DNA of 32,000 nucleotides, from the NCBI RefSeq assembly GCF_051097895.1, contig NZ_CP142525.1, positions 630,001 to 662,000 on the forward strand. The letters run 5' to 3'. Below, piece after piece: positions 1-9,075 of the stretch. Position 1 is the stretch's first letter. The number at the start of each line of letters is the position of its first letter. The notes beneath the pieces are model-generated. The model saw only the letters and a program-made list of their open reading frames with translations, ran no database searches and had not been told where the DNA came from. The translations under genes were made by a program, and so were the position numbers. Source of the stretch: Psychrobacter sp. HD31. Lineage in GTDB: Bacteria > Pseudomonadota > Gammaproteobacteria > Pseudomonadales > Moraxellaceae.

Positions 1-362
1 AGCTTTATGAGCACATGCACCACGAGATGCAGCATGAAACTGAACATGCTCAGGCAATTATCCGCCGTATTATGTTGCTAGGTGGTATCCCAAATATGAC
101 CGTAAGTGCAATCAATGTGGGTACGGATGTTAAAAGTATGCTGCAATCTGACTTAGATTTAGAATATGCAGTGCGTGAACATTTAAAAGAAGGCATTGCC
201 ATTTGTGAGCAAGCGCAAGATTACGTTACTCGTGACATGCTGGTAACACAACTTGAAGATACCGAAGAAGATCACGCTCATTGGTTAGAAAAACAATTAC
301 GCCTCATTGAAATGATTGGTCTACAAAACTATTTACAAAGCCAAACAGGCGATGCGGCTTAA
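1..362 (+). CDS. bfr: Bacterioferritin subunit, 5' end outside the window (ferroxidase-type subunit lacking the Met52 haem ligand)
   Basis: The open frame runs from the window edge (phase of nt 3) to the stop at 360-362. The translation ...HETEHAQAIIRRIMLLGGIPN...DYVTRDML...TEEDHAHWLEKQL...GLQNYLQ is colinear with helices B-E of E. coli Bfr (sequence recalled from memory). An ungapped alignment back from the conserved PN turn keeps E51, H54, the E94 equivalent, E127 and H130, but places Thr at the Met52 position. Confidence 0.85.
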   Translation, partial: LYEHMHHEMQHETEHAQAIIRRIMLLGGIPNMTVSAINVGTDVKSMLQSDLDLEYAVREHLKEGIAICEQAQDYVTRDMLVTQLEDTEEDHAHWLEKQLRLIEMIGLQNYLQSQTGDAA

Positions 363-388
363 TTTCTTAAAAATATAAGGAGACAGCT

Positions 389-853
389 ATGAAAGGCCAT
401 CCAGAAGTTATCAAGGCTTTAAACCTTGTATTAGGTAAGTCACTTATTGCGATTAACCAATATTTTTTGCACGCACGCATTGTTAAAAATTGGGGTGTAG
501 AAGAGTTAAACGACGTTTTTTACAAACAATCAATCCGTGAGATGAAATGGTCTGATAAAATCATTGAACGTGTTTTGTTGCTTGAAGGTTTGCCAAACCT
601 ACAAGAGCTTGGTAAGTTACTAATTGGTGAAGATGTTGCAGAAATCCTAGAATGCGACTTACGTCTAGAAAGCCAAAAACATGCGCTACTTATTGAAGCA
701 ATTAAAATCTGCGAAGACAATAAAGATTACGTATCTCGTGAATTGTTGGTTGAGCTAAAAGACGGCAATGAAGAATATGAAGACTGGCTAGAAACGCAGC
801 AAGATTTAATTAATGATATGGGTATCCAAAACTATATCCAACAGCAAGCTTAA
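389..853 (+). CDS. bfr: Bacterioferritin-family subunit (Met52 haem ligand present, ferroxidase centre degenerate)
   Basis: The ATG at 389 is preceded by AAGGAG at 377-382. The 154-aa product MKGHPEVIKALNLVLGKSLIAINQYFLHARIVKNWG... aligns residue for residue with E. coli Bfr. E51, M52 and E94 are retained, but E18 is S, H54 is W, E127 is N and H130 is Y. Confidence 0.85.
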   Translation: MKGHPEVIKALNLVLGKSLIAINQYFLHARIVKNWGVEELNDVFYKQSIREMKWSDKIIERVLLLEGLPNLQELGKLLIGEDVAEILECDLRLESQKHALLIEAIKICEDNKDYVSRELLVELKDGNEEYEDWLETQQDLINDMGIQNYIQQQA

Positions 854-882
854 ACCTTAACAAAACTAGATTAACAGCAAAT

Positions 883-918
883 AAAAGGTGATAGTAAAAA
901 ATTACTATCACCTTTTTT
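883..918. terminator. Bidirectional Rho-independent terminator between bfr and prpF
   Basis: A perfect 10-bp stem, GGTGATAGTA (887-896) with TACTATCACC (903-912), closes a 6-nt loop. It is flanked by an A run (883-886) and a T run (913-918). Confidence 0.8.
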
Positions 919-961
919 ATTCTATTACATAGTATAGTTAGGTTTATAAACTAACAACCCC

Positions 962-2155
962 CTAAAAAACTTGTGGTACATAAACTTCACCTACCATAAT
1001 ACGGCGGGCTGAACGGCTCATTGACACTTTTTTGGCTTGCCACTTTTTACCCTTAATGCCATCATCTACTTGTTCAGACTTGCCACCAACCTTTAACGTA
1101 CCAGAAGGATGCCCAAAGGTCACTTCACTAATTTCACTCCCGCCAGCTGCCTGATTAACCAATGTGCCTTGTGTGGTTGCGGCTGCAGCAATTGCCACCG
1201 CCGCTGTACCCATCATGGCATGGTGCAGTTGCCCCATACTCATGGCTCTCACCACTAAATCAATATCACTGGCTTTAACTGCCTTACCACTGGATGCTGT
1301 ATAGTCTTTTGGAGTGCTTACCCATGCAATTTTAGGGGTATGCTGACGAGTCTTTGCCTCCTCAACATCGCTAATCAAACCCATTTTAATAGCACCATAA
1401 GCACGTATTTTTTCTAGCTTAGCTAATATGGTTTCATCACTATTAATATCAGGTTGTAGCTCAGTGCCTGTAAAGCCCAAATCTTCTGCTTTCATAAATA
1501 TAGTTGGGATACCAGCATTGATAAATGTGGCTTCAAAGCTGCCAATATCCGGTACTTTAAAAGTATCTACCAAATTACCAGTGGGGAACATCTCGCCATC
1601 TACCGGATCAATAAACTCAATTTTAACCTCAGCTGCGGGGAAGGTAACACCATCCAACTCAAAATTGCCTGTTTCTTGTACTTGCCCATTGGTAATGGGG
1701 ACATGGGCAATAATTGTTTTGCTAATGTTTTGTTGCCAAATACGCACCTCACAAATGCCATTTTCTGGGACTTTATCGGCATCCACATAACCAAAATTAA
1801 TAGCACAAGCACCCACCGCAGCAGTTAAGTTACCGCAATTACCAGACCAATCAATCATTGGTTTGCCAATGTTAACTTGTCCAAATAAGTAATTAACATC
1901 ATGCTCAGGCACATCTGATTTAGATAAAATAACCGACTTTGAAGTACTCGAACTCCCATTGCCCAACCCATCAATCTGTTTGCCGTACGGGTCTGGACTG
2001 CCAATAACACGCAATAGAAGGTTATCACGTGCTTCACCCGCAGTTTGGCAAGGTTCTGGCAAGTCCTCTAGCTTAAAAAATGTGCCTTTTGATGTACCAC
2101 CACGCATATAAGTGGCTTTCACTGCAACTTGTGGCAAGTTAGATGAGTTCGTCAT
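962..2155 (-). CDS. prpF: 2-methylaconitate cis-trans isomerase PrpF (AcnD accessory protein)
   Basis: 397 aa. The N-terminus ...VAVKATYMRGGTSKGTFFKLEDLP... is the characteristic PrpF-family start. AAGGAA lies 6 nt upstream of the ATG. The gene is in the same orientation as the prp/acnD genes further right. Confidence 0.85.
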   Translation of the reverse strand: MTNSSNLPQVAVKATYMRGGTSKGTFFKLEDLPEPCQTAGEARDNLLLRVIGSPDPYGKQIDGLGNGSSSTSKSVILSKSDVPEHDVNYLFGQVNIGKPMIDWSGNCGNLTAAVGACAINFGYVDADKVPENGICEVRIWQQNISKTIIAHVPITNGQVQETGNFELDGVTFPAAEVKIEFIDPVDGEMFPTGNLVDTFKVPDIGSFEATFINAGIPTIFMKAEDLGFTGTELQPDINSDETILAKLEKIRAYGAIKMGLISDVEEAKTRQHTPKIAWVSTPKDYTASSGKAVKASDIDLVVRAMSMGQLHHAMMGTAAVAIAAAATTQGTLVNQAAGGSEISEVTFGHPSGTLKVGGKSEQVDDGIKGKKWQAKKVSMSRSARRIMVGEVYVPQVF

Positions 2156-2219
2156 AATCGATTCCTTTCGTTTATTTAAATGTTGTATACAGCGTATACC
2201 TAACTAATACGCAAAGTTA

Positions 2220-3419
2220 TTATAGCGTATCAGCAATTGCTTTAAATAAAGCAACGTGTTTTCTTTCTCCACCACGTTTACGGGTTTTAAAATGATGATT
2301 GGCTGATAAGGTAACAATAACTAAATTTTTATGGGGTTGAACATAAATATACTGATCATAAATGCCAGAACCAAAAAAGTCACCATCATCATGCACGGGT
2401 ATCCACCATTGAAATCCATAACCTTGCTCACGTGTGGCGTTATCTCGTTTACCTGGCATTAGGTGTGGTGCATCCGGTGTTGTAGACATTTTAACCCATT
2501 CAGATGGTATCAGTTGTTGACCATTTAATTTGCCTTGATGCAGGTATAGCAAACCAATTTTGGCATAATCACGCATGGTCATATTCAGTCCACCCAGTGC
2601 CATTTCCATGCCTGTTTCATCAATAATCCATTCACCGTGGTCTTGCATGCCTAAAGGCTCCCACAGTTTTTGCTGATAATATTCTGTTAGCCCCATACCT
2701 GTTACTTTTGTTAGTAGCATGCCTAAAACTTGGGTATCAATACTCACGTATTGATTGTAGGTACCCTGTGGCTTTTCATTTTTTAGGGTTAATGCAAAAT
2801 CTTCAAACGATTTACCAAAAGCAAAGGTTCTACCAAAACGATTAATATCGGAGTGAAAGTCTCCATAGTCTTCATTAAAGCCCACGCCAGAACTCATTTG
2901 TAAAAGATTTTTAATTTTTACATTATCGTATCCTGTGCCTTTAAACTGGGGTAGGTATTGAGTGATTGGCGCATCAAGTTCAAATAACCCATCATGATAG
3001 GCAATCCCTAAAAGGGCAGAAACAACCGATTTAGATAGGCTCCATCCAATGTGGGTGTCATCTGGTGTAAAGCCGAGTTTATATTCTTCTAATACCACTT
3101 TATCGTCTTTAATTATCATTATGCCTTCTAGGCGATTTTGCTCTAAAAACGCTTGGGTATTTATCTGTTCATTTTTAAAATTAAAGTGCGCGGGTAGGGT
3201 AAAGCTGGTATCGGCTTGTTCAATAACATAAGGTTGCGATGCAGGGGTTAAACGATTAACCGGATAATTTGCATCGGCATTTCTAAAATTATCGATAATG
3301 ACATCTTCATCAAAAAAATGGATGGCTTTATAGACTCGTTTAATTGTATTTAGGTTAAATAACGCTACCACAACCAACAAAGCAATAATCGCAAATAACA
3401 ATTTAATCAACTTTTTCAT
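2220..3419 (-). CDS. Membrane-anchored serine hydrolase (beta-lactamase/PBP-like fold)
   Basis: 399 aa. It has an N-terminal hydrophobic anchor (LLFAIIALLVVVALF) and an SxxK motif (GWSLSKSV), and its length is typical of class-C-like serine hydrolases. Its start lies 4 nt after the stop of the upstream LysE gene. Confidence 0.7.
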   Translation of the reverse strand: MKKLIKLLFAIIALLVVVALFNLNTIKRVYKAIHFFDEDVIIDNFRNADANYPVNRLTPASQPYVIEQADTSFTLPAHFNFKNEQINTQAFLEQNRLEGIMIIKDDKVVLEEYKLGFTPDDTHIGWSLSKSVVSALLGIAYHDGLFELDAPITQYLPQFKGTGYDNVKIKNLLQMSSGVGFNEDYGDFHSDINRFGRTFAFGKSFEDFALTLKNEKPQGTYNQYVSIDTQVLGMLLTKVTGMGLTEYYQQKLWEPLGMQDHGEWIIDETGMEMALGGLNMTMRDYAKIGLLYLHQGKLNGQQLIPSEWVKMSTTPDAPHLMPGKRDNATREQGYGFQWWIPVHDDGDFFGSGIYDQYIYVQPHKNLVIVTLSANHHFKTRKRGGERKHVALFKAIADTL

Positions 3420-3423
3420 ATCG

Positions 3424-4095
3424 CTACTTTTTATTACCTAAGTCTGCTAACGCCAATGAGCCAGACATGGCAACAAACACAATGCCAGAAAAAAAGTTAA
3501 GCACCTTGATACCTGTGTCGTTTAAAAATCTTGCTAACACTTTTTGACCCAGCACGTTGTAGGTATTCATGCAAAAAAATGACATAACTGCAAAAGTTGC
3601 CCCTAAAAACAACATGGTTAAAAGGTTGCTTTGCACGCTTTGCCCAGCGGTCATAAATTGTGGGAAGATAGCGGTAAAAAAGATAATGGCTTTTGGATTG
3701 GTGAGCGCTAGCATTAAGCCCTTTTTATAAAATGATAAATAGCTGTCATCCATTAATTCATCTTGCTCTTTAACTGCCTTTGGCTTGTTAGCTTGATGTT
3801 TATTGCCGTTAAACACAGATAACAGCATTTTACAACCAAGATAAAACAGTACCATTGCACCCAAAACCTTAACAATATTTAGCAAAATAAATGACTTAAC
3901 AATTAATGAGCCCAAACCAAATGCAGAGATAGTTGCTAATATTGCCAAACCAGATGAGTTACCTAATAGTAGGGTAGCCGTTTTTTTAAGACCATGCACC
4001 GCACCATAATTAATTGCCAAAAATACGGCAGGACCAGGGCTGATAATATAAAAAAAGGCGATTGATACAAATATTAGATATTGGTGTAAATCCAT
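3424..4095 (-). CDS. LysE/RhtB-family amino-acid exporter
   Basis: 223 aa with about six hydrophobic segments. The N-terminus (IFVSIAFFYIISPGPAVFLAINYG) has the family-typical PGP motif. Confidence 0.75.
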   Translation of the reverse strand: MDLHQYLIFVSIAFFYIISPGPAVFLAINYGAVHGLKKTATLLLGNSSGLAILATISAFGLGSLIVKSFILLNIVKVLGAMVLFYLGCKMLLSVFNGNKHQANKPKAVKEQDELMDDSYLSFYKKGLMLALTNPKAIIFFTAIFPQFMTAGQSVQSNLLTMLFLGATFAVMSFFCMNTYNVLGQKVLARFLNDTGIKVLNFFSGIVFVAMSGSLALADLGNKK

Positions 4096-4220
4096 AACAG
4101 CATCCTTGTTAAGCTTTAATTTTTAATGTATTTTTTACTATTTTTAAGCAACATATAACTGCCAAGATACACCAATTGAGACAATTACCCAAGCAAATTT
4201 TTGCATAAAGCTTAAGAGGC

Positions 4221-4496
4221 TTAGATACTTCTAACGATGTCTTTAACTAAACCAATTTTTTCTCTATATTGGTCATCCAATACATTCCAGATACTGTCTT
4301 GGTCTAGCACTCTAAAGTGTTGATTTGTATCTTGTAGATTATCATAGTCAGCAGCGTATTCTTGCGTATAGTAAACCTCTAGTGCTTTTCGATTCGCCTC
4401 TATGACTCGTAGCTCGTCACGAATGGCTTGTATTCTTAATAAATCTGCTTCACATTGATTTAATAAGTGTTCTTTTTCTGCTAGTTTGGTCATCAT
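4221..4496 (-). CDS. Small hypothetical protein (predicted helical/coiled-coil)
   Basis: A 91-aa ORF with protein-like, charged, heptad-like composition. I recognise no motif. It has the same orientation as the LysE/hydrolase/prpF run. Confidence 0.45.
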   Translation of the reverse strand: MMTKLAEKEHLLNQCEADLLRIQAIRDELRVIEANRKALEVYYTQEYAADYDNLQDTNQHFRVLDQDSIWNVLDDQYREKIGLVKDIVRSI

Positions 4497-4915
4497 TTTT
4501 TCCTATCATTTGCTATGTGTTTCTTGATACTCATAATAGCTTACCAACTTTTAGCTCTATTTTTTACAAGTATTTTTATTCTATTGCATAAAACTAACCG
4601 CTTGTGAATTCAGTAACGGTAAGAGACTAATGCAGTAATGAATTTTAGCGATTCATTTGTCTACACGACCTTGTTATCTATAAGATCTGTCTGATAGTCG
4701 CTTTTTATGAGTTTGGTTGTTTTTACGATGTTTTGATATTTTTTGGTCTATCAAAAAATATATGGCAATGATAAAATCTTTTAAAGATAGCCCAATATCA
4801 ACTCTCTTTTTTTAGTTGAGTTTAGGGTATTTTGTTTCAAAAGCACTTCATAGTTAGATAGTTAGCTTAGCCGCATAATAATTTGTTAAATCTCCTAAAC
4901 TAGCCCATGCTAACA

Positions 4916-4960
4916 ATTGAATTGAATAGATGTCGAAAATATTCAATACCTATATTGAAT
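4916..4960. promoter_or_regulatory. Cluster of ATTGAAT/ATTCAAT repeats upstream of the AhpD-like gene (candidate operator)
   Basis: ATTGAATA (4921-4928) and its exact inverse TATTCAAT (4940-4947) are 11 nt apart. Further direct copies lie at 4916-4922 and 4953-4960. The cluster is 43-87 nt upstream of the ATG at 5003. Confidence 0.25.
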
Positions 4961-5002
4961 CAAAGGCTATCATAACTCTAACAATTTTTAAGGAGATATG
5001 AT

Positions 5003-5464
5003 ATGGCTTTACGAGCAAACTATTTCGAACTAGCATCCAAGGCAATGCAAATTTTGATAAATCAGGAAAACTATTTGCATGAGCAATTTAGTTTGTCAGA
5101 AACAATAACAATCCCAATTTGGGAATTGGTTAAATTGAGAGTTTCTCAGATGAATCAATGTGCTTTCTGCATTGATATGCACAGCAAAGATGCGTTGAGT
5201 CAGGGTGAAACTCAGGAGCGTATCATTGGCTTAAGTGCATGGCGTGACATGCCTCTATACTCAGAGACAGAACTGGTAGCACTGGACTGGGCAGAGCATT
5301 TGACCTTAGGTAAGCCAGTAGATGATGAAAGCTATCATAAAGTGGTAAAAGCACTAGGTGAACAAGCGGTAGTGGATTTGACCATTGCAATTAGTGCTAT
5401 CAACAGCTGGAATCGAATTGCCAAAACTTTTACACCAGAGGTAGGTGGCTATAAACCACAATAA
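5003..5464 (+). CDS. Carboxymuconolactone decarboxylase / AhpD-like family protein
   Basis: 153 aa. It has the CxxC-type motif NQCAFCIDMHSKDA typical of the CMD/AhpD fold. AAGGAG at 4990-4995 lies 7 nt before the ATG. Confidence 0.75.
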   Translation: MALRANYFELASKAMQILINQENYLHEQFSLSETITIPIWELVKLRVSQMNQCAFCIDMHSKDALSQGETQERIIGLSAWRDMPLYSETELVALDWAEHLTLGKPVDDESYHKVVKALGEQAVVDLTIAISAINSWNRIAKTFTPEVGGYKPQ

Positions 5465-6221
5465 ATCATTTAAACAGACATTCGACTTTCAACTGTCTCA
5501 GCCATTGGGGCAGTTGTCTGCGTTTGTACAGGGAATATGGTCAGCCTCTGTACCTCAACCAGAGCCGATAATGAAGCCACTGTATTCTGATGCTGGTAGT
5601 GGCATTATTTTTAATCTCGTTGGGGATGTTGTGATTGGCAATGAAACGCTGCCAGAAGGTGTCATCATGCTTCCGATAAGTCGGAAGGCAGAGAATATTG
5701 TTCTGGCATCCGGAGCACAAATGTCAGGTATTCGCTTCTATCCAGCCTTTGGCTATGGCATCTTGGGACAGCACTACGATAAACCAACATTATTATTGCC
5801 CGAGCAAGACCAACTATATAACCTCTACCAGATTTATAATGAACTCCGGATGCAAAAGGATAACGAAAAGAGAATTGAAACTTTGCACCTGTGGGCAGAT
5901 AAAAATCTGGATTTTACCAAAGTAATTCCAGATTCTCTGGAAAAAGCACTTGAATGTATTGAGCAAGGTGAAGCACCGGGGCAGCTCAGTACAAATGTTG
6001 AATTGAGCCAACGGCAAATAGAGCGTATTTTTAAGCTCTGGCTAGGGATGACACCCAAACATTATCAGCGGATTTTAAGGATTAAAAAAACTATTTATTT
6101 TTTACGACTGCATAGAAATGCAAATTTGGCAGATGTTGCTCAACAATTTGGATTCAGTGACCAAGCTCATATGACACGTGAATTCCGCACGATTGCCTGT
6201 ATTACACCAAGGCAAGTATAG
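5445..6221 (+). CDS. AraC/XylS-family transcriptional regulator
   Basis: 258 aa. The C-terminal dual HTH region (LSQRQIERIFKLWLGMTPKHYQRILRI...VAQQFGFSDQAHMTREFR) is a classic AraC signature. The gene overlaps the upstream CMD gene by 20 nt. Confidence 0.8.
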   Translation: MAINHNKSFKQTFDFQLSQPLGQLSAFVQGIWSASVPQPEPIMKPLYSDAGSGIIFNLVGDVVIGNETLPEGVIMLPISRKAENIVLASGAQMSGIRFYPAFGYGILGQHYDKPTLLLPEQDQLYNLYQIYNELRMQKDNEKRIETLHLWADKNLDFTKVIPDSLEKALECIEQGEAPGQLSTNVELSQRQIERIFKLWLGMTPKHYQRILRIKKTIYFLRLHRNANLADVAQQFGFSDQAHMTREFRTIACITPRQV

Positions 6222-6441
6222 CGATTTATTTGTCTTCCAACGATAAGCGATTTGAAGCCAGCTTCATAAAACTTAGCTCATTTCCCAACCCATTTAATCA
6301 ATTTAGCTAATACAATCAGTCGGACAGTCAAAAGTGCTAAGTCTGTTGTGCAAAAAGTCACGCCCATTTTTCTTGCTATTACGGTCAGCGTTATATTCCG
6401 AGTACATAGGCAATTAATTTTAGGTGTTTTAGGAGAATTTT

Positions 6442-6738
6442 ATGTTTCGAGTTATCTATGAATGGCGTGTGCCAGTTGATAAAATGGATGAGTTTCAAAA
6501 CGTCTGGCGCTCGGCAACAGAATCCATTCATCATTCGGTTGAAGGTGCGCTTGGTAGTTTTATGCTACGCTCCTATGATACGCCTGAAAAGGTTCTAACC
6601 GTTGCTAAGTGGCACACTCATGAAGATTGGCAATCATTTTGGGGAAATCGTAACCCAGAAAAAATGCAGAAAATGCGTGAAATTGCTGAGCGTGTTTCGG
6701 TTGAAGCATTTTATGAAATAGAAGACAGAACTAAATAG
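6442..6738 (+). CDS. ABM (antibiotic biosynthesis monooxygenase, Dabb-fold)-like small protein
   Basis: 98 aa. The pattern (VIYEWRV...F...W...GSFMLRS...VLTVAKWHTHEDWQSFW) resembles the ABM domain. A TAGGAG SD precedes the ATG. Confidence 0.5.
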   Translation: MFRVIYEWRVPVDKMDEFQNVWRSATESIHHSVEGALGSFMLRSYDTPEKVLTVAKWHTHEDWQSFWGNRNPEKMQKMREIAERVSVEAFYEIEDRTK

Positions 6739-7106
6739 CGATTATCTCGTATAACAAACTGTTCAAGAGAGCTTCGCAATACCTGACATTTGTAGTATGC
6801 ATTACGTTCAGCATTGAAGGTTTATGTACTCAATATTATTATCAAACATAAAATAAACTAGATTTAACATAGTTTTCTCTTATATATTTTAAATTTTAAA
6901 ATCAATTAGTTATGCAGTAATTAGCATAACCGACCATTAATAGAAAATGATATGTATATTCTTGTACAACGTATTCATTATCCTAGAAATCATGGTGTTT
7001 AATTCGTTCTAAACATTCTTTTCAGTATGTGTTTTCGATAGAAGTGTATTTGTGATAACCGCTCAAATCCATACACCTAACAAGATAAATTAACTAAGTG
7101 AGTTGC

Positions 7107-7310
7107 TTAAAGTAATCTTTTCACCACCATGGCATTGGCTATTTTAGCAAAGGACTTTCTGACTAATTTAAGCTCTTTTTTCTCTAACAAGTCAGTTTGC
7201 GTTTTGTGGTCTTTTAAAAAGTCTTCAACCACATCTTTGCTAAACAAGCCGAGCACTTTACCGATGTCTTTTTCTGTCACTTCACCGATTTTACTAATTG
7301 TGTGGAATGT
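7107..7310 (-). pseudogene. Start-less 67-codon ORF abutting the helicase stop codon (gene remnant or unconventional small gene)
   Basis: My own minus-strand translation reads TFHTISKIGEVTEKDIGKVLGLFSKDVVEDFLKDHKTQTDLLEKKELKLVRKSFAKIANAMVVKRLL*. The frame opens right after the TAA at 7311-7313 and ends at the TAA at 7107-7109. There is no ATG before residue 61. The only candidate starts are ATT (7298) or GTG (7280), and neither has a good SD. Confidence 0.3.
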
Positions 7311-7315
7311 TTATA

Positions 7316-9073
7316 TTAATTAACAACCTCGATATCACACAATGAGCTCAAACCGCTGACTTTATCCTGACTTAAGGTGGGTACAGAAATAAATAAGCGA
7401 TTTCTAGCCCTACTAACACCAACGTAATTTATTCTATGTTCTTCGTTACTTAAGTCAGGGTTATATAAAAACTCAATATCTTCCTCTTTAGTTAAAACTA
7501 ATAAAACGTTATCGAACTCATCTCCTTTTGATTTATGAATAGTTTTATGCAAACTCAAATCATCAGGTATTGACACACAAAGCAATAAACTTTGAAAAGA
7601 GTTGTCTGCATAGAAAGTTTTAATTTTTCCAGGTCTAAAATTTTTAAGGTCAGAATTAATATTATTTCTTATAAATTCTGCGAACTCTAGAAGTGATGAA
7701 TCTTTATATTCATTGAACTTTTCTAGTAGAATAGAAATGTACTTTAGAGCTTTTTTCTTACCTTCCAGTTTGTCATTTTTATAATTCAACTGTTCTTCAA
7801 ATACTTTTATCGCATCTTTAAATTTATTTTCTTGTGCAAAGGCGATAGCTTTTATACAGGATGAAATCAACTTTCCTCTATCACCAGAATCTTTTAAAGA
7901 AAGTTTATCTAATAATTTACTATCAAGTCCTGAGTTACTTATTTCTGCTTTCATAGCATTTGAAGTGATGTTATTTCTTGATAAAGAATGGATAACTTCA
8001 TCTGGAAAATGTGTTTTACACTTTCTTAAAGCTACAGACATATCGCCAATTAAAATTTTTGGTTTTTCAATTGAATCATTACGGTGAGGTGTTTGTGTAA
8101 TATCTGTTCGGATTGAATTTAGTAGCTCAATAATTTCATTGCTACTCCTTCTATTTTGAGTCAGGGTGTATTCTTTTATGTTGGGAAGTGTAAATGATTC
8201 AAACTGTGTGTAGCTGGCTCCTTGAAACTCGTAAATTGACTGACAAGGGTCACCTATTACACCTGTGTGAATACCTGCTGAAGCAAGTGTTCTAAATATT
8301 TCTACTTGAATAGGGTTACTATCTTGAAACTCATCAATTACTAAATATGGAAACTTTGCTAATAACACATCAGATAAAAAAGGGTACTGCTTTAATAAAT
8401 GAAAGCTAAAAAACAGCAAGTCATCATGAGAAACTTTTCCTTGTTTCCAGTATTCTTGTTTATATTCAAGTAAATTAGCCTCCAAATGTCTTAAACAAGT
8501 TTTATTCAAGTATTGTCTTTTAGAATCAACCGTTGCAAATGCTTTAGAGTTGTTGACTATAATATCAGTATCATTAGTTGAACTATTAAAACTATAGGAA
8601 GTCGAATCAAGCCAGTTTATTAAGGCGCTTTTATTTTGTGGTAATTTGATAAGTTGATTATATGTAAAGGGATGCTTTAATTTGTTCTTATTAGGGTGAT
8701 TTTCTAACCAATTAATTATGTTCCGAAAACTCGTTTTAATATCGTCATGCCCGTTTACTTTAGCAAAATTTACATTGTATTGTTCTGCGATAAATGGCAG
8801 GTAAGGTTTAACAATGTGTTTGTATAAAAAGCTATGAATGGTAGATACTTCAACTTGTGTAGAAGATGTGCCTAGTCTTTTAAGTATTGTTTCTACAGCA
8901 GTATTGGTGTATGTAATACATGCAACTTTTCTATTTACTGATAATAAGTCAGAGTTATGTAAAATATTTTTAATATGATTGACCAACCAATAGGTTTTCC
9001 CTGCACCAGGTCCAGCAGAAACCTTGAAGTGGCTGTTAACCTCTGGTAAGTAATAATCTGAGTTAATATCCAT
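7316..9073 (-). CDS. gajB: UvrD/PcrA-type SF1 helicase, Gabija GajB-like
   Basis: Helicase motifs are present in order: AGPGAGKT (Walker A), CITYTNTA (Ia), LVIDEFQDSNP (II), GDPCQSIYEFQGA (III), LTQNRRS (IV), TIHKSKGDEFDNV (V) and YVGVSRARNRLFI (VI). The ATG at 9073 lies 2 nt after the upstream stop (TAAacATG), with GAGGAG 11 nt upstream. The ORF-track start at 9082 is a TTG. Confidence 0.75.
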   Translation of the reverse strand: MDINSDYYLPEVNSHFKVSAGPGAGKTYWLVNHIKNILHNSDLLSVNRKVACITYTNTAVETILKRLGTSSTQVEVSTIHSFLYKHIVKPYLPFIAEQYNVNFAKVNGHDDIKTSFRNIINWLENHPNKNKLKHPFTYNQLIKLPQNKSALINWLDSTSYSFNSSTNDTDIIVNNSKAFATVDSKRQYLNKTCLRHLEANLLEYKQEYWKQGKVSHDDLLFFSFHLLKQYPFLSDVLLAKFPYLVIDEFQDSNPIQVEIFRTLASAGIHTGVIGDPCQSIYEFQGASYTQFESFTLPNIKEYTLTQNRRSSNEIIELLNSIRTDITQTPHRNDSIEKPKILIGDMSVALRKCKTHFPDEVIHSLSRNNITSNAMKAEISNSGLDSKLLDKLSLKDSGDRGKLISSCIKAIAFAQENKFKDAIKVFEEQLNYKNDKLEGKKKALKYISILLEKFNEYKDSSLLEFAEFIRNNINSDLKNFRPGKIKTFYADNSFQSLLLCVSIPDDLSLHKTIHKSKGDEFDNVLLVLTKEEDIEFLYNPDLSNEEHRINYVGVSRARNRLFISVPTLSQDKVSGLSSLCDIEVVN

Positions 9074-9075
9074 GT

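Noticed and set aside
1428-1790. 120-aa + strand ORF (plus the - strand ORFs at 1600-1812 and 1855-2037) inside prpF
   Set aside because: These are antisense or off-frame overlaps with the well-supported prpF frame, and none has a motif or SD. Other embedded ORFs fail the same test: 520-720, 3049-3231, 5698-6058, 9294-10972, 11514-12814, 13024-14191, 14550-15972, 19700-19885, 20495-20719, 24123-24320, 26023-26993, 27445-27783, 29582-29782 and 31292-31567.
4646-6753. Recurring TAGCGATT(T/C)ATTTGTC-like strings right after stop codons (4646, 6219, 6736), and ATAAGCGATTT at 6243 and 7393
   Set aside because: Matches of 11-mers, or 16-mers with one mismatch, are expected many times in 32 kb on both strands. 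There is no consistent flanking structure.
7129-7323. 64-aa + strand ORF listed in the ORF track
   Set aside because: The opposite strand carries a longer and far more protein-like frame (7107-7310). The + strand product is Ser/Leu/Phe-rich shadow sequence that runs into the gajB-like stop.
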